64,000 nt of DNA from Anthoceros angustus (lineage: Eukaryota > Plantae > Anthocerotophyta). The notes beneath the pieces are model-generated. The model saw nothing but the letters and a program-made list of their open reading frames with translations. It was not told the DNA's origin and made no database searches. The translations under genes and the position numbers were made by a program. Location: NCBI GenBank assembly GCA_010909165.1, contig MU008187.1, positions 376,247-440,246 on the forward strand, in the 5' to 3' direction. Below, piece by piece: positions 62,676 through 64,000 of the stretch. Within the stretch, counting starts at the first letter, position 1, and each line of letters starts with the position of its first letter.

Positions 62676-64000
62676 ATGAATGCTGGCGTCGAGATGTTTG
62701 GGGTAATAGCGGCAGGCTCTTCTCTGCCTAACATGGCCAGCTCCGTGGGAGTGACGGAGGAGGGTTCTAAGAAGATCCGTAAGCCTTATACCATCACTAA
62801 ATCCAGGGAGAGCTGGACGGAGCAGGAGCACGATAAGTTCCTGGAAGCGTTGCAGCTGTGAGTTTGCTTGTGCCAGACTCCATCTGCGGTGCGGGTTGTG
62901 GGTTTGCTTGGGGCACCTGTTGGTGTTGGCGGTCGCTTCTGATGCCCGCGGCCGCTTTGTGGGATGGATGAGGTTCGTGTGTTGGGATGAGGTGTCGGGA
63001 TTCTCACGCCGCCGCCTTGCCTTCCCGTGTGCGTGCAGGTTCGATCGAGATTGGAAGAAGATTGAAGCTTTTGTTGGTTCCAAGACTGTTATCCAGGTTT
63101 GGGAGCCTCAAAACCTTACTTACCCTCGTCCACTTTCTCCTGTCTCAATGGTGGTGTAAGTGTGAGTCGGTGTGAGGGGGAAGCAGCTGGCGCTGGGGTG
63201 GGTGGAGTGTGGGGTGCCATCAATCATGCTGCCCTCTCGTTGATGCAGATTCGGAGCCACGCTCAAAAGTATTTCCTCAAAGTACAAAAGAATGGCACTG
63301 GAGAACATGTGCCTCCTCCCAGGCCTAAGCGCAAGTCTGCCCAACCGTATCCTCAGAAAGCACCCAAAAGTGGTGAGGCCCATCTCAAGGCTGCTATGTC
63401 CATGATGCATCATGTCCACATTCTGTATCTGTCCAGTGCGCTCTATCTTATACCTGCTTTTCTGTTTCAGTCCCAGTACAACCTCTCGTTTCTCGTGCAT
63501 TGCCTTCTTCCACTGCACAGGCCGATCCTATCTACGCTATGGGGCAGCAGCAGTGTGCTGTCTATGCTGCTTCCGCCACAACGAGTCCTACAGTGTCTGC
63601 ATGGGTGCAGCATTCTGTTCCGCCTCCTGGTACAATAACATATGTACCGAAAGGTAAGTTTATTTCTCATCTTGGACTAGCAAGTTATTTTTTAGCTTGG
63701 ACTATTCTCATGTGGCGTTTGCAACTACCCATCAAGCACCATTGCTTGTTCCTTTCCGTCAGGTTTTTCACTCTGTTGTGGCCCTCGCGCAGATGGAACT
63801 TCCGTCGGCTTGATGGTAGGCAGGAATCGGAGCAGTAGCAGCACTGGGAGCTCTTCTGGAGGATGGGTGCAACAGATCCTACCCGCTGGAAAAGTTAACC
63901 AAGAAGCCTCCTTGCGAGGCATGTACTTGGATCTTGTCTTTTGCTACTTGTCTTTCCTGGAGCGCTTAGTTGTGAATTTGAGCTTTAGATATTATGTGCC
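62676..64000 (+). CDS. RVE: REVEILLE/LCL-clade single MYB (SHAQKYF) clock transcription factor, runs off the window
   Basis: [89 protein letters not shown]. Confidence 0.95.

Noticed and set aside
62036-63083. Several long GC-rich ORFs upstream of or antisense to RVE
   Set aside because: Low-complexity 5' UTR/promoter sequence with no conserved motif.
1-64000. Assignment to Selaginella on gene compactness
   Set aside because: Selaginella is reported to lack U-to-C editing, whereas a DYW:KP-GRP gene is present here; hornwort fits better but remains an inference.

Overview
Eukaryotic nuclear DNA from a compact-genome, non-seed land plant. A hornwort (Anthoceros-like) is the best inference, from a DYW:KP 'GRP' PPR gene, mostly 60-170 bp introns and very short intergenic spaces. 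The first ~12.6 kb is a nested mobile-element block: a Ty3/gypsy element with its LTR, a probable solo LTR, CRE-like (RLE) non-LTR fragments, a tandemly duplicated AT-rich intronless protein kinase, an LTR+PBS remnant and a hAT transposase remnant. The rest is gene-dense. In order it holds SMC2, a Pro-rich root-cap/LEA-like gene, an APY7-like apyrase, SerRS, a TTM3/CYTH gene, a bacterial-type GFA gene, a chloroplast-targeted unknown and an 11S-globulin-like cupin remnant. These are followed by tRNA-Pro(AGG), a PLS-PPR/DYW:KP gene fused to OSB-type PDF motifs, a giant NT-C2 coiled-coil gene with a 609-bp tandem array, a small mitochondrial membrane protein, an NRPD7/NRPE7-like subunit, a chloroplast TPR gene and a REVEILLE MYB. 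The most striking item is the PDF (ssDNA-binding)-PPR-DYW:KP fusion. Many frameshifts fall in homopolymers or tandem repeats and look like long-read assembly errors. All family calls come from motif recognition, not database searches.
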